Positions 13,350-22,908 of a stretch of 64,000 nucleotides of DNA are shown here, piece after piece. This stretch comes from Deltaproteobacteria bacterium. Its GTDB lineage: Bacteria; Desulfobacterota; Desulfovibrionia; Desulfovibrionales; Desulfovibrionaceae. Under the pieces are notes generated by a model. It searched no databases, was not told where the DNA came from, and saw only the letters and a program-made list of their open reading frames with translations. A program made the position numbers and the translations under genes. The DNA lies in assembly GCA_031275645.1 (NCBI GenBank), contig JAISOL010000070.1, positions 33,165 to 97,164 on the forward strand. Direction: 5' to 3'. Within the stretch, counting starts at the first letter, position 1, and every line of letters begins with the position of its first letter.

Positions 13350-13453
13350 ATTTTTTCCTTTTAATTATGCAGGGTTGAGTTTAATGGCGCCTTTCAGCAA
13401 GCTCTCCCGGCGGCTTTTTCCGCAGGACGCTCTGTTCCCGGAAACTTGCTTTT

Positions 13454-13469
13454 TGTTTCACATGAAACA
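13454..13469. promoter_or_regulatory. parS centromere-like site 1
   Basis: TGTTTCACATGAAACA matches 15/16 positions of the canonical TGTTTCACGTGAAACA. It lies about 105 nt upstream of parA. Confidence 0.75.
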
Positions 13470-13522
13470 TGAAAGCAATAAAAAAAGTCCGACCTTATGT
13501 CAATAAAGTTTAGACTTTTTCG

Positions 13523-13538
13523 TGTTTCACATGAAACA
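13523..13538. promoter_or_regulatory. parS centromere-like site 2
   Basis: An identical 16-mer TGTTTCACATGAAACA, 69 nt from site 1. Confidence 0.75.
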
Positions 13539-13559
13539 GTTTTCAGGAATTTCCGGGTT

Positions 13560-14576
13560 TCAGGAGCAGCGGTAGTAGTTCTTGTACCAGCGCACGAATT
13601 CCGGCAGTCCTTCTTCAAGGCTGACTTCAGGAGTAAAATTCAGATTTCTGGAGCTGCTTTCTATATCGGCAAAAGTCGTCTGGACGTCTCCGGGCTGCAT
13701 GGGCAGATATTCAATTACGGCCTTGAGGCGCAGCGCGTCTTCCAGTACGGCCACAAAGCGTTCGAGCTCCACAGAGTTATTGTTGCCCAGGTTATATATT
13801 CTGTAAGGGGCGGAGCTGGAATCCTGGGCCGGGGAAAGAGGGTTCCACTCCGCATCGGCTTCAGCCGGATTTTCCACACAGGCGGCTACGCCCCGGATAA
13901 TATCGCCGATATAGGTAAAATCGCGCCGCATTTTCCCCTGGTTGAAAAGCTGAATGGGCTCTCCCGCCAGAATGCGCCGGGTAAAGGAGAAGTAGGCCAT
14001 GTCCGGGCGCCCCCAAGGTCCGTAGACGGTAAAAAAACGCAGTCCGGTACAGGGTATCCCGTAGAGATGACTGTAAGAATGCGCCAGGAGTTCCCCCGCC
14101 TTTTTGGTCGCCGCGTACAGGCTCACGGGATGCCCCACCGCGTCCCTCGGGCTGAAGGGTATTTTGGCGTTCAGGCCGTATACCGAGCTGGAAGAGGCGT
14201 AGACCAGGTGCTCCACCGGATAATGGCGGCAACATTCCAAAAGATTGGCAAAGCCCAGCAGGTTGCTTTGCACATAGGCCGCGGGGTTGATTACGCTGTA
14301 ACGCACTCCGGCTTGCGCCGCCAGATTGATCACATGCGTGAAGTTCCCTTCCGCAAACAGGCGGTTCAAGGCCGGGGCGTCAGCCAAGTCCAGTTTCTCA
14401 AAGTAAAAGCGCTTATGTTTTTTTAAAGCGGAGAGGCGGTCTTTTTTCAGTTCAGGATCGTAATAGGGGGAAAGATTGTCAATGCCCCAAACCTGACGCC
14501 CTTCTTCCAGAAATCTGCGGCTCAGAAAAAAACCTATGAAACCGGCAACGCCGGTGATCAAAATACGCATACGCAC
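13560..14576 (-). CDS. NAD-dependent sugar-nucleotide epimerase/dehydratase (UDP-glucuronate 4-epimerase-like)
   Basis: Rossmann motif ILITGVAGFIGF, then GIDNLSPYYDPELKKDRL, and a YAATK catalytic motif. Confidence 0.75.
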   Translation of the reverse strand: MRMRILITGVAGFIGFFLSRRFLEEGRQVWGIDNLSPYYDPELKKDRLSALKKHKRFYFEKLDLADAPALNRLFAEGNFTHVINLAAQAGVRYSVINPAAYVQSNLLGFANLLECCRHYPVEHLVYASSSSVYGLNAKIPFSPRDAVGHPVSLYAATKKAGELLAHSYSHLYGIPCTGLRFFTVYGPWGRPDMAYFSFTRRILAGEPIQLFNQGKMRRDFTYIGDIIRGVAACVENPAEADAEWNPLSPAQDSSSAPYRIYNLGNNNSVELERFVAVLEDALRLKAVIEYLPMQPGDVQTTFADIESSSRNLNFTPEVSLEEGLPEFVRWYKNYYRCS

Positions 14577-14609
14577 CTCTGCCTCGGAGACTTCTTTTAA
14601 ACTCTTGCC

Positions 14610-15326
14610 TCATGGGCCATTAAGAGGCGGATTCCCGGCCGGATGAGGCATCCTCTGCAGCGCTATACTCGCGGAAGAGCTCAGGTAGGCCAGGGTTGCC
14701 TCCAGTTTCGCCTCGTCCTCCGAAAGTTCGTTTAAGCCCGGCAGACTAAGGATGATTCTGCCCCGAATCAGGGTTTCTCTGAAATAAGTCAGACCCAGGC
14801 CGGCGTAAGGGCTTTGTTCCAGAGTATCCTTACCCAGAAGAATCACGATTTTGCCGCCCAGACGCTCCAGAAACCAGGAAAATACATCCTTCTCTCCGGC
14901 TGCCTCCTCAGGAGAGGCTCCCGGAACCTTCAGCGGCAGAAAGGCGCTGCTGCCCTGCCTGAGACGCAGTCCCAGAATAAGCTTCCGCAAAAGCTCCCTG
15001 CGCCGGGCGTCTCCCTCCACCAGCAGATCCCAGCCCAGTTCCACATAGGTCCAGATGAGCGGCGCCGGGGCAAGGCGCGCCAAAATTTTTTTCCAGGGCT
15101 CAGGCAAGGTGTCTTCCGTGATTTTAAGGCCGGAGGAGCCGGCCCCGGCCGGCGCGGCAGGCTCCTCCTTCTCCCGGGGCTGAGAAGCGCGGCGTAGAAA
15201 AGGGGCGGGCCGGACATGCCCGAGGAGAGAGCGCGGTTCATCGGCTTCCGGAAAATACAACCAGCTCACGCCCGCATTGTGCCAGGGCTGCAAGTCCGGA
15301 GATAGGCCTACAGGGTAGACAGCCAA
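14610..15326 (-). CDS. Hypothetical protein downstream of coaBC
   Basis: 238 aa ORF co-oriented with its neighbours. I recognise no motif. The start is uncertain: the TTG at 15326 overlaps the coaBC 3' end by 19 nt. Confidence 0.4.
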   Translation of the reverse strand: MAVYPVGLSPDLQPWHNAGVSWLYFPEADEPRSLLGHVRPAPFLRRASQPREKEEPAAPAGAGSSGLKITEDTLPEPWKKILARLAPAPLIWTYVELGWDLLVEGDARRRELLRKLILGLRLRQGSSAFLPLKVPGASPEEAAGEKDVFSWFLERLGGKIVILLGKDTLEQSPYAGLGLTYFRETLIRGRIILSLPGLNELSEDEAKLEATLAYLSSSASIALQRMPHPAGNPPLNGP

Positions 15327-16546
15327 TCCAGAATCCTCCAGGCTAGATCGGACTTGGGCATGGTGGGCAGGGATTCCCGCCTGCCCTTGCGATCCAGGAT
15401 CAGAGCCGTGTTGCAGGTGCCGGAAAATCCGGAACCAGGCACTCCGATCAGATTGGCAACCATCAGGTCGGCATTTTTGGAGTCAAGCTTATGCCGGGCA
15501 TTTTCTTCCAGACGCTCGCTTTCCGCCGCAAAGCCGACTATAAGTTGCCCAGGTTTTTTCACCCGGCCCAGCTTGCACAGAATGTCCGGATTGGGAAAGA
15601 AGGAAATGCTGAAAGCTTCCTGCCCCGATTTTTTGAATTTTTTATCGCCAAAGGGTTCAGGGGCAAAATCCGCGACCGCGGCGGTGAAAATGCCCATATC
15701 CATATCCGGCCAGAGCTTTTCGGCCTGAAACAGCATATCGGCGGCGGTGATTACGTCCAGACGGTTAATCCGCGGCGGAAGCCAGGGAGCCACAGGCCCG
15801 CACAGAGCGTAGACCTCCGCCCCGCGCAGCCAGGCGCATACGGCCAGGGCCGCGCCCATGCGGCCGCTGGAGTGGTTGCTCCAGAAGCGCACGGCATCCC
15901 AGGGTTCGCGCGTAGGCCCCAGAGTGAGCATGACCTTCTTGCCCGAGAGATCCCCCGGACTGAGCGCCTTGAGGCAATGGAGATAAATAAGACGTAAATC
16001 CGGGAGCTTGCCCTCTCCTTCCTCCCCGCAGGCGACCCGGCCCTGCTCCGGCCGCAGGATAATGTGCTCGCGCCGGGCAAGCGTGGCGCAGTTTTCCCGC
16101 GTGGCGGCATTGTTCCACATGCGCGGGTTCATGGCCGGAGCCAGAAGCAGGGAACCGCTCCAGGCCAGAGCCTGCGCGGCCAGCAGGTCGTCGGCCAGCC
16201 CGCAGGCCAGGCGGGCCAGAGTGGTGGCGCTGGCCGGAGCGATTACAAAGGCGTCCGCTTCCGCTCCCGGAGCGAGATGCCCGAAAGGGGAGGAAAGCGG
16301 GCTGTCCTGAGGAGCGGCTCCGGCCGGAGCGAACATGGAAGTGAAAACCCGCTCCGCCCCCAGAGATTGGAAGGATAAAGGGGAGACAAAACGCGCCGCC
16401 GCTTCCGTGAGGGTCACCGTCACCCGCAGATTCGCCCGGCACAAAGCCCGGAGCAGTTCCAGAGCCTTGTAGGCGGCAATGGAACCGCAGACGCCCAGAT
16501 GGACCTTTTTACCCTCAAAGAAGGCGGTGGGAAAGTGCGCTTCCAT
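15308..16546 (-). CDS. coaBC: Bifunctional phosphopantothenoylcysteine decarboxylase/synthetase
   Basis: 412 aa. The N-terminal flavoprotein motif is KKVHLGVCGSIAAYKALELLR; the C-terminal DFP/CoaB domain shows MLTLGPTREPWDAVRFWSNHSSGRMG. Confidence 0.9.
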   Translation of the reverse strand: MEAHFPTAFFEGKKVHLGVCGSIAAYKALELLRALCRANLRVTVTLTEAAARFVSPLSFQSLGAERVFTSMFAPAGAAPQDSPLSSPFGHLAPGAEADAFVIAPASATTLARLACGLADDLLAAQALAWSGSLLLAPAMNPRMWNNAATRENCATLARREHIILRPEQGRVACGEEGEGKLPDLRLIYLHCLKALSPGDLSGKKVMLTLGPTREPWDAVRFWSNHSSGRMGAALAVCAWLRGAEVYALCGPVAPWLPPRINRLDVITAADMLFQAEKLWPDMDMGIFTAAVADFAPEPFGDKKFKKSGQEAFSISFFPNPDILCKLGRVKKPGQLIVGFAAESERLEENARHKLDSKNADLMVANLIGVPGSGFSGTCNTALILDRKGRRESLPTMPKSDLAWRILDWLSTL

Positions 16547-16554
16547 TCAAGCCT

Positions 16555-17034
16555 TCATTGATTCAGGATCTGGGAATTTGCGGAGGGCGCGGAAAGAGGC
16601 TCCGCCAGCTTGCTGGTCACATAAATCTGCATTTCAGTATAAAACCTGCCGTCCAGCACGTGAAATACGGCATAGCGCTCCCCTTTGTCAAAGAGCAGCA
16701 GAGAATTGCTCCCGCGCGTGGAGGCCAGCAGAACCCAGCCTTCCCTGTCCATATAGGTCTGTATGGTGCGGAGAAGAGAGCCGGCTTCAACCCTCCCCTT
16801 GAAGACCTGCACCCCTGTCTTGAGATTGTTGCGGGAGGAAAAGACATTGGTCTCCGTACAGTCGTCCATTTGCCTGGGTATGGGAATATCCTCGAATTCG
16901 GAATAGAAATAGTCCGGCTTGTTGTCGTCCTGAAGCAGCCCCTGCAAAGAAGAACAGGCCGAAGACGCGAACAGGAGCAGCAAAGCGGAGACTGACAAAA
17001 AAGAGCGGAATCTGACAACGCGAATCATATACAC
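16555..17034 (-). CDS. Putative lipoprotein
   Basis: Signal peptide with a lipobox (LLLLFASSAC). No family recognised. The opposite-strand ORF 16558-16995 is rejected. Confidence 0.55.
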   Translation of the reverse strand: MYMIRVVRFRSFLSVSALLLLFASSACSSLQGLLQDDNKPDYFYSEFEDIPIPRQMDDCTETNVFSSRNNLKTGVQVFKGRVEAGSLLRTIQTYMDREGWVLLASTRGSNSLLLFDKGERYAVFHVLDGRFYTEMQIYVTSKLAEPLSAPSANSQILNQ

Positions 17035-17162
17035 ACTCCCGACGTTTTGCTATAAAATGGCAAAAATCAAGCTTTAGTCAAGCTAATTCTGGGGCTTTCG
17101 CCCCTTGACCCCGAAAGGGGATTTCCAAAAGGGGCGCGTCTCTTGGGAATCCTCCGCCTGGG

Positions 17163-17684
17163 TTAAAGGCTTTTGTAAAAATAGAGCAGAAGAAGAGCGT
17201 ACAAGCCGGCGAGCGCGTCGTCCAGCATAACCCCGAACCCTCCGGGGAGCCAGTTTTCGGAGGCTTTGACCGGCCAGGGTTTGACTATGTCAAAGAAGCG
17301 GAACAGGGCCAGGGCCAGAAGCAGCTCTTCCGGAGGGAGACGGACGTAGGGCAGCAGGCTCAGCCATTGCCCGAGAAGCTCGTCAATGACCAGTTCTCCC
17401 GGATCTTTTTGTCCGAGTATTTTTTCCGCCTTGCCGCAGGCCAGTCCTCCCAGGATAAAAAGCAGCAGGAGGAGGAATATTTTCCAGGGCAGGGGCAGGG
17501 GCAGAAAGCAGAAGGGGGCCAGGAGTATTGCGGTCAGCGAGCCCGCTGTTCCGGGGGCTTTGGGGCTTAACCCGGCCGGCCCCAGCCTGCAGAAGGCCAG
17601 AAGCAGGCGATCCCGCCGGGAGAGGGATTTTTCCGGGGGAGTTTCAGGCACGGGGCTCTCCCGCCTCCGCCGTTTCCGCCGCAA
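17163..17684 (-). CDS. pgpA: Phosphatidylglycerophosphatase A
   Basis: The PgpA pattern GLSPKAPGTAGSL and a hydrophobic core, plus the C-terminal FRFFDIVKPWP. The basic N-terminal extension leaves the start uncertain. Confidence 0.75.
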   Translation of the reverse strand: MRRKRRRRESPVPETPPEKSLSRRDRLLLAFCRLGPAGLSPKAPGTAGSLTAILLAPFCFLPLPLPWKIFLLLLLFILGGLACGKAEKILGQKDPGELVIDELLGQWLSLLPYVRLPPEELLLALALFRFFDIVKPWPVKASENWLPGGFGVMLDDALAGLYALLLLYFYKSL

Positions 17685-18627
17685 GCTCGAAAGGAGGCGG
17701 CCAGAGCGGGAGGGAATCCAGGGTGAGTTCTTCTATTTTCTGTCCCAGAGAATCTCCGGCCGGCACGCGTATATGCGCCGCGTGCAGAAGCAGGCGCGGG
17801 AATTCCTGTCCGCCGTAGCGCCGGTCGCCCACCAGCGGAAAGCCGCGCGCGGACAACTGCTTGCGTATCTGGTGCTTGCGTCCGGTCAGCAGCCGGACGC
17901 GCAGCAGGGATACTTCGCCGAAGCCGGGCAGGCGGCGCGAGGCCAGAAAAGTATAGCGTCCTTCCGCCCCGCGTCCCGCAATGTCGTCTTCCAGGATGAA
18001 AGAGGGCCAGCCTGCCGCCGCTGGTCCGGCCCCGGCGGGGGAAGCGGGGAGGAGGGAGGAGAAGCGGCCCTTTACCCAGCAGAGATAATCTCTTTCCAGT
18101 TCCTCTTTGCCTTCGCGGAACAGGCGGTGGAGGTAGATTTGCGCCCGGTGGGTCTTTCCGGCCAGGAGCAGTCCCGAGGCCGCCTTGTCCAGGCGGTGGG
18201 CCGGGGCGGGCACAAAGAGAAAGGCATCGCGGCAGGCCAGGGCCAGACGCCCGGCCACGCTGGAGTTCTGTCCGCTCCCGTCTTGCACCGGGAGGCCGGC
18301 GGGTTTGTCCAGGGCCAGGATGGCGTCATCCTGGTGGATCAGGCGCAGATCCCCGCCCAGAGCTTCCTGTTCCAGCCGGCACAGTCCTCCGTCGCGGGTT
18401 TTTCGGGAGACAAGCCCGTCCCGAAAGAGGAGCACGGCCTGCGGCGGCAGGCGTATGGAATCGCCGGCCCGCAGTATTCTCTCCGCCTTGCTGCGCCCGG
18501 AGTTTACCCGCAGTTCTCCGCTGCGCAGCCAGCGGTAAATTTGCGCCCGGGGCACGGACAGCCTCCGCGCCAGAAAACGCCACAATTTCTGTCCGGCTTC
18601 CGCCTGGCCTATGCTGATGCTGTTCAT
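17644..18627 (-). CDS. RluA-family 23S rRNA pseudouridine synthase (RluC/RluD-like)
   Basis: N-terminal S4 domain (RFLARRLSVPRAQIYRWLRSGELRVN) and the catalytic motif HRLDKAASGLLL. Confidence 0.82.
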   Translation of the reverse strand: MNSISIGQAEAGQKLWRFLARRLSVPRAQIYRWLRSGELRVNSGRSKAERILRAGDSIRLPPQAVLLFRDGLVSRKTRDGGLCRLEQEALGGDLRLIHQDDAILALDKPAGLPVQDGSGQNSSVAGRLALACRDAFLFVPAPAHRLDKAASGLLLAGKTHRAQIYLHRLFREGKEELERDYLCWVKGRFSSLLPASPAGAGPAAAGWPSFILEDDIAGRGAEGRYTFLASRRLPGFGEVSLLRVRLLTGRKHQIRKQLSARGFPLVGDRRYGGQEFPRLLLHAAHIRVPAGDSLGQKIEELTLDSLPLWPPPFELAAETAEAGEPRA

Positions 18628-18896
18628 GCCTCAATATCGCTCCCTGCCGGCAGGCTTCGGGGGCTTTCCTTTCAATATTTTTTTGTGATAGTATGCAATT
18701 TTTACGGAGGCAAGATGCCGGTAAAATTATTTTGCGGATTTTCCATCCATGATGTTGCTTTTTATTGCAAATTGCCACAAGTTAACGCATGGACGCCTTC
18801 AGACGCCAGAAACCTTGTTCCGGGCCTGCCCTGAAAGGGCACGGAGAGGCCGGGGACCCGGCGGCCGGCGGCAAACTATTTTGTCAGGGAGTTGCT

Positions 18897-20018
18897 ATGA
18901 AAAAGATTTTTCTCATATGTCTGGGCCTAATCTGTCTTTTGAACAGCACGGCTCTGGGGGCCGCGGTAAAAATCGGCCTCATGGCTCCCCTTACCGGGGC
19001 TTATGCCAGCGAAGGCGCCGACATGCGCCGCATTGTCGAGCTTTTGGCGGAAGAAGTGAACAAGGCGGGGGGAATCAACGGCGCCAAGGTTGAAATAGTG
19101 GTGCAGGATGACGGGAGCGACGCCCGCACGGCCGCTCTGGCCGCGCAGCGCCTTTCCACCAGCGGGGTGTGCGCCGTGATCGGGACTTACGGTTCCGCCG
19201 TGACCGAGGCTTCCCAGAACATTTACCACCGCAACGGCATAGTGCAGATAGCCACCGGGTCTACCTCCATACGCCTTTCGGAGAAGGGCTACGAGCGCTT
19301 TTTCCGCACCTGCCCGCGTGACGACGAGCAGGGCGTGGTGGCTGTGGACACTTTGCACAAGATGGGCCACAGGCAGGTGGCCATTCTGCATGACAGCACC
19401 GCCTATGCCGTGGGTCTGGCCGATGAGATCCGCGAAGGGCTGCGCAAGGGAGGCAGGACAAATCTGGTGTTTTATAACGCCTTGCAGCCCAATGAGCGCG
19501 ATTACAGCGCTGTGCTTACCCGTCTTAAAAACACCAACCCGGAAGTGATCTTTTTCACCGGCTATTATCCCGAAGCGGCCATGTTGCGGCGCCAGATGCG
19601 TGATATGGGCTGGAATGTCCCCATGCTGGGGGGAGACGCCACCAATAATACGGATCTTGTGAAAATAGGCGGAGCGGCGGCGGTTGAGGGTTTTTACTTC
19701 ATCTCCCCGCCCATGCCCGCGGATCTGGACTCCCAGTCCGCCAAGGATTTCATAAAGAGTTATCAGGACAAGTACAAGACCATGCCCAGTTCCATCTGGT
19801 CGGTCATTGCCGGCGACGCTTTCAAGGTGCTTGTGGCGGCGATTTCCTCCGTGGGAACGGAGCCGGAAAAAATAGCCGTCTATCTGCATAAATATCTGGA
19901 GGACTTTGACGGGCTTACCGGAAAAATCTCCTTTGACGACAAGGGAGATCGCGTGGGCGATCTCTACCGCCTGTACAGGGTGGGGAAACAGGGCGAGTTT
20001 GTTTTGCAGCCCAGATAA
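18897..20018 (+). CDS. livK: Branched-chain amino acid ABC transporter substrate-binding protein
   Basis: From ATG 18897: signal peptide MKKIFLICLGLICLLNSTALGA, then VKIGLMAPLTGAYASEG. The track start at 18789 is an upstream extension. Confidence 0.85.
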   Translation: MKKIFLICLGLICLLNSTALGAAVKIGLMAPLTGAYASEGADMRRIVELLAEEVNKAGGINGAKVEIVVQDDGSDARTAALAAQRLSTSGVCAVIGTYGSAVTEASQNIYHRNGIVQIATGSTSIRLSEKGYERFFRTCPRDDEQGVVAVDTLHKMGHRQVAILHDSTAYAVGLADEIREGLRKGGRTNLVFYNALQPNERDYSAVLTRLKNTNPEVIFFTGYYPEAAMLRRQMRDMGWNVPMLGGDATNNTDLVKIGGAAAVEGFYFISPPMPADLDSQSAKDFIKSYQDKYKTMPSSIWSVIAGDAFKVLVAAISSVGTEPEKIAVYLHKYLEDFDGLTGKISFDDKGDRVGDLYRLYRVGKQGEFVLQPR

Positions 20019-20033
20019 TCCCTCAAATTCAAT

Positions 20034-20077
20034 CCGGGGCGGCGGCCGCTTCCCTCTGCGGGAATGCGCCGCCCCGG
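20034..20077 (+). promoter_or_regulatory. Intercistronic GC hairpin between livK and livH
   Basis: Perfect 11-bp stem ccggggcggcg / cgccgccccgg with a 22-nt loop. There is no T-run. The placement resembles hairpins that set binding-protein to permease expression ratios. Confidence 0.4.
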
Positions 20078-20090
20078 CGAAGATGTTCCC

Positions 20091-20996
20091 ATGATTGAAT
20101 TTTTTCAACAACTCAGCAACGGTTTGGCCGTGGGCGGCATCTATGCCTTGGTCGCCCTTGGCTACACCATGGTTTACGGAGTGCTGAAGCTCATCAACTT
20201 CGCGCATGGAGAGCTGTTTACCCTGGGCGCCTATCTGGGCATGACCCTGCTGCTGTCTTTCGGCCTTTCCGGCATACTCGGCCCGCTTCCGGCCGTGCTG
20301 ATTATTTTCGCCATGATCACTGGTCTGGTGGGCTTGAGCGGCTTCGTGCTGGAGCGCGCGGCTTACCGCCCCCTGCGTCAGTCCAACCGTCTGGCCGCTG
20401 TGGTTTCGGCTCTGGGAGCCTCCATTTTTCTGCAGAACGCCATCATGTTGTTTTACGGGCCCAACTATCAGGTTTATCCTGAGGAAACCCGCGTGACCAT
20501 CACTTTGAGCGTTCTGGGCCTGGATATACCGCTGATGCGCATTTTGCTTTTTCTGGCCTCGGTGCTGCTCATGCTCGCCATGTATCTTTTCATCCACAAG
20601 ACCAAAACCGGCACGGCCATCCGGGCGGTGGCCACGGATCAGGGCGCGGCCAGACTCATGGGCATAGACGTGAACCGCATCATCTCGCTGGTCTTTATGA
20701 TCGGGCCGGGCCTGGGCGGAGCGGCCGGCATGCTCCTGGGGCTTTATTACGGGCAGATCCGCTACGACATGGGGACCTTATACGGCCTGAAGGCTTTTAC
20801 CGCGGCCATCATAGGAGGCATAGGCAATATTCCCGGGGCTATGCTCGGCGGCATTCTCCTGGGAGTGGCCGAGGCTATGGGCGCGGCTTATGTGGCTCCG
20901 GCCTGGAAAGACGCTTTCGCTTTTCTGGTGCTGATCGTGATTCTGATTTTCCGGCCCACCGGACTGCTGGGCGAAAGGGTGGCCGACAAGATATGA
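20091..20996 (+). CDS. livH: Branched-chain amino acid ABC permease
   Basis: MIEFFQQLSNGLAVGGIYALVALGYTMVYG, the typical LivH N-terminus. Confidence 0.88.
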   Translation: MIEFFQQLSNGLAVGGIYALVALGYTMVYGVLKLINFAHGELFTLGAYLGMTLLLSFGLSGILGPLPAVLIIFAMITGLVGLSGFVLERAAYRPLRQSNRLAAVVSALGASIFLQNAIMLFYGPNYQVYPEETRVTITLSVLGLDIPLMRILLFLASVLLMLAMYLFIHKTKTGTAIRAVATDQGAARLMGIDVNRIISLVFMIGPGLGGAAGMLLGLYYGQIRYDMGTLYGLKAFTAAIIGGIGNIPGAMLGGILLGVAEAMGAAYVAPAWKDAFAFLVLIVILIFRPTGLLGERVADKI

Positions 20997-22102
20997 TCGT
21001 GCGCCGGCTTCCCAAACCAGCGGGCATAATGGGTCTGGGCGCTCTTTTTATCCTCATGCTGGCTCTTCCGCGGATCCTCGGCCCCTATTGGACAAATCTG
21101 CTCAATGATATGGGGATTTACGCCATTCTGGGGCTTTCCCTGAACATCATTCTGGGGCACTGCGGTCTTTTTCACATGGGGCACGCGGCTTTTTACGCCG
21201 TGGGCGCATACGTCACGGCCATTCTTTCCACCCGCTTCGCCGTGCCCATACTCTGGACTCTGCCTCTTTCCGGGCTTATGTCCGGAGTCTTCGCCCTGGT
21301 GGTGGCGCGGCCCATCATTCATCTGCGCGGCGATTATCTTCTGGTGGTGACCATAGGAATAGTGGAAATAGTGCGCATAGCCCTGGTCAACAATATTTTC
21401 GGGCTCACAGGCGGTTCCAACGGTCTTCTGATTATAAATCCCATTTCCATTTTCGGTTTCCAAGTGTTCAGCCCGGCGCATTTTTACTATCTTATCTGGA
21501 GCATAGGGGCCGTCACCATCCTGCTTTTCTATCTGCTTCAGAATTCCCGCTTCGGACGGGCGCTGAATTACATAAAACAGGATGAGCTGGCCGCCGAGGG
21601 TTGCGGGGTGAACACCTCCCATTACAAACTCGCCTCTTTTGTTCTGGGGGCGGTCTGGGCCGGGATGATCGGCACGATCTTCGCCGCCAAGATCGAAACG
21701 GTTTCGCCCCAGTCTTTTTCCTACAGCGAATCCGTGCTGCTTTTCGCCATTGTGATTCTGGGCGGAGCCGGGAGCATCCCCGGCGTTCTTCTGGGGGCTT
21801 TTCTGATCACCGGCCTGCCGGAGATTTTTCGGGAACTGCAAAGTTACCGCCTGCTTTTCTTCGGAGCGGCCATGGTGGCCATGATGATTTTCCGTCCCCA
21901 GGGGCTGATCCCTCCCGGCCGCCGCTTTTACAAGGTGCGGCCGTACCTGGGGCGCTTTCCCTGCGGCATCGCCGCGCGCTCCGGCGCGCGGCGGGGCATC
22001 TCCCTCTCCGCCAGTCCCGGATATCCGGCCGGGACGGACGCCGGAGCGGACGCGGGCAAGCCTGCCCGCGGGCCGGGAGACATGATTGAGGAACAGGCCT
22101 GA
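20993..22102 (+). CDS. livM: Branched-chain amino acid ABC permease, with a ~65 aa low-complexity C-terminal tail
   Basis: The LivM core is GLSLNIILGHCGLFHMGHAAFYAVGAY. It has ATGA overlaps with both livH and livG. Confidence 0.85.
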   Translation: MIVRRLPKPAGIMGLGALFILMLALPRILGPYWTNLLNDMGIYAILGLSLNIILGHCGLFHMGHAAFYAVGAYVTAILSTRFAVPILWTLPLSGLMSGVFALVVARPIIHLRGDYLLVVTIGIVEIVRIALVNNIFGLTGGSNGLLIINPISIFGFQVFSPAHFYYLIWSIGAVTILLFYLLQNSRFGRALNYIKQDELAAEGCGVNTSHYKLASFVLGAVWAGMIGTIFAAKIETVSPQSFSYSESVLLFAIVILGGAGSIPGVLLGAFLITGLPEIFRELQSYRLLFFGAAMVAMMIFRPQGLIPPGRRFYKVRPYLGRFPCGIAARSGARRGISLSASPGYPAGTDAGADAGKPARGPGDMIEEQA

Positions 22103-22875
22103 TGTCCATTCTGCGTCTGAGAGGTTTGAGCAAGAGCTTCGGCGGTCTGGTGGCCGTGGATGAGGTGAGCTTTGAGGTTTCCAGGGGGGGCATTGTCGGG
22201 CTCATCGGTCCCAACGGAGCCGGGAAAACTACGGTTTTCAACCTGATTACCGGGAATTACAAGCCTGACGAGGGAGAGGTGATTTTTGAAAATAAAAACA
22301 TCACCGGGCTCTTGCCGCATAAAATAGTGGAAATGGGCATTGCCCGCACCTTCCAGAACATACGTCTTTTTCCGGAAATGAGCGCCCTGGAGAACGTGCT
22401 CTCCGGCTGTCACTGCCGCATGCGTTCCGGATTGCTAGCTTCCATGTTCCATCTGCCGGGGCAGCGGCGCGAGGAACAGGCGGCTCTGGAGACAGCGGTG
22501 AAAGAGCTGGCCTTTGTAGGTCTGGAAGAACAATACGACAACCTGGCCAAAAATCTTTCCTACGGTCGGCAGCGTCTTCTGGAAATAGCGCGGGCTCTGG
22601 CCTCAGGCCCGCGCCTGCTTATTCTGGACGAGCCGGCCGGAGGGATGAACGATCAGGAAACCCAGGATCTTATCGGCCTCATCCGCGAGATTCGCGGCAC
22701 GGGCATAAGCGTGCTGCTTATTGAGCACGATATGAACCTGGTTATGAAAATATGCGATTACCTGATTGTGCTGGAGTACGGAGCGGTCATAGCCACGGGC
22801 CTGCCTTCGGAGATCAAGAAAAACGGGCGGGTAATCGAAGCCTATCTGGGCGCGGACAATTTGCTGGAAAATTAA
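22102..22875 (+). CDS. livG: Branched-chain amino acid ABC ATPase
   Basis: Walker A motif GPNGAGKTT, signature LSYGRQRLLEIARAL and Walker B LLILDEPAGG. Confidence 0.9.
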   Translation: MSILRLRGLSKSFGGLVAVDEVSFEVSRGGIVGLIGPNGAGKTTVFNLITGNYKPDEGEVIFENKNITGLLPHKIVEMGIARTFQNIRLFPEMSALENVLSGCHCRMRSGLLASMFHLPGQRREEQAALETAVKELAFVGLEEQYDNLAKNLSYGRQRLLEIARALASGPRLLILDEPAGGMNDQETQDLIGLIREIRGTGISVLLIEHDMNLVMKICDYLIVLEYGAVIATGLPSEIKKNGRVIEAYLGADNLLEN

Positions 22876-22908
22876 GGGAAGCGATTTCCGCAAGCCTCCG
22901 GGGGCCGT

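Noticed and set aside
17085-17165. Cluster of short GC hairpins (ggggctttcgcccc, ccccgaaagggg) between pgpA and the lipoprotein gene; possible REP-like repeat or small RNA
   Set aside because: It occurs only once in this window, so repeat status cannot be shown. It is most simply a weak pgpA terminator next to the lipoprotein promoter (TTGACT-N17-ATTTTA on the minus strand).
18927-20597. 556-aa minus-strand ORF opposite livK/livH. Analogous shadows: 8774-10114, 11493-12941, 13497-14426, 17386-18834, 20888-21841, 26511-27479, 27753-28574, 54393-55484, 59787-60956 and 60963-62363.
   Set aside because: Each overlaps a confidently identified gene on the other strand (livKH, nrdJ, parAB, epimerase, rlu, livM, kinase 1, hydA, MoeA-like, MocA-HD). 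None shows a signal peptide, a domain motif or a plausible RBS.
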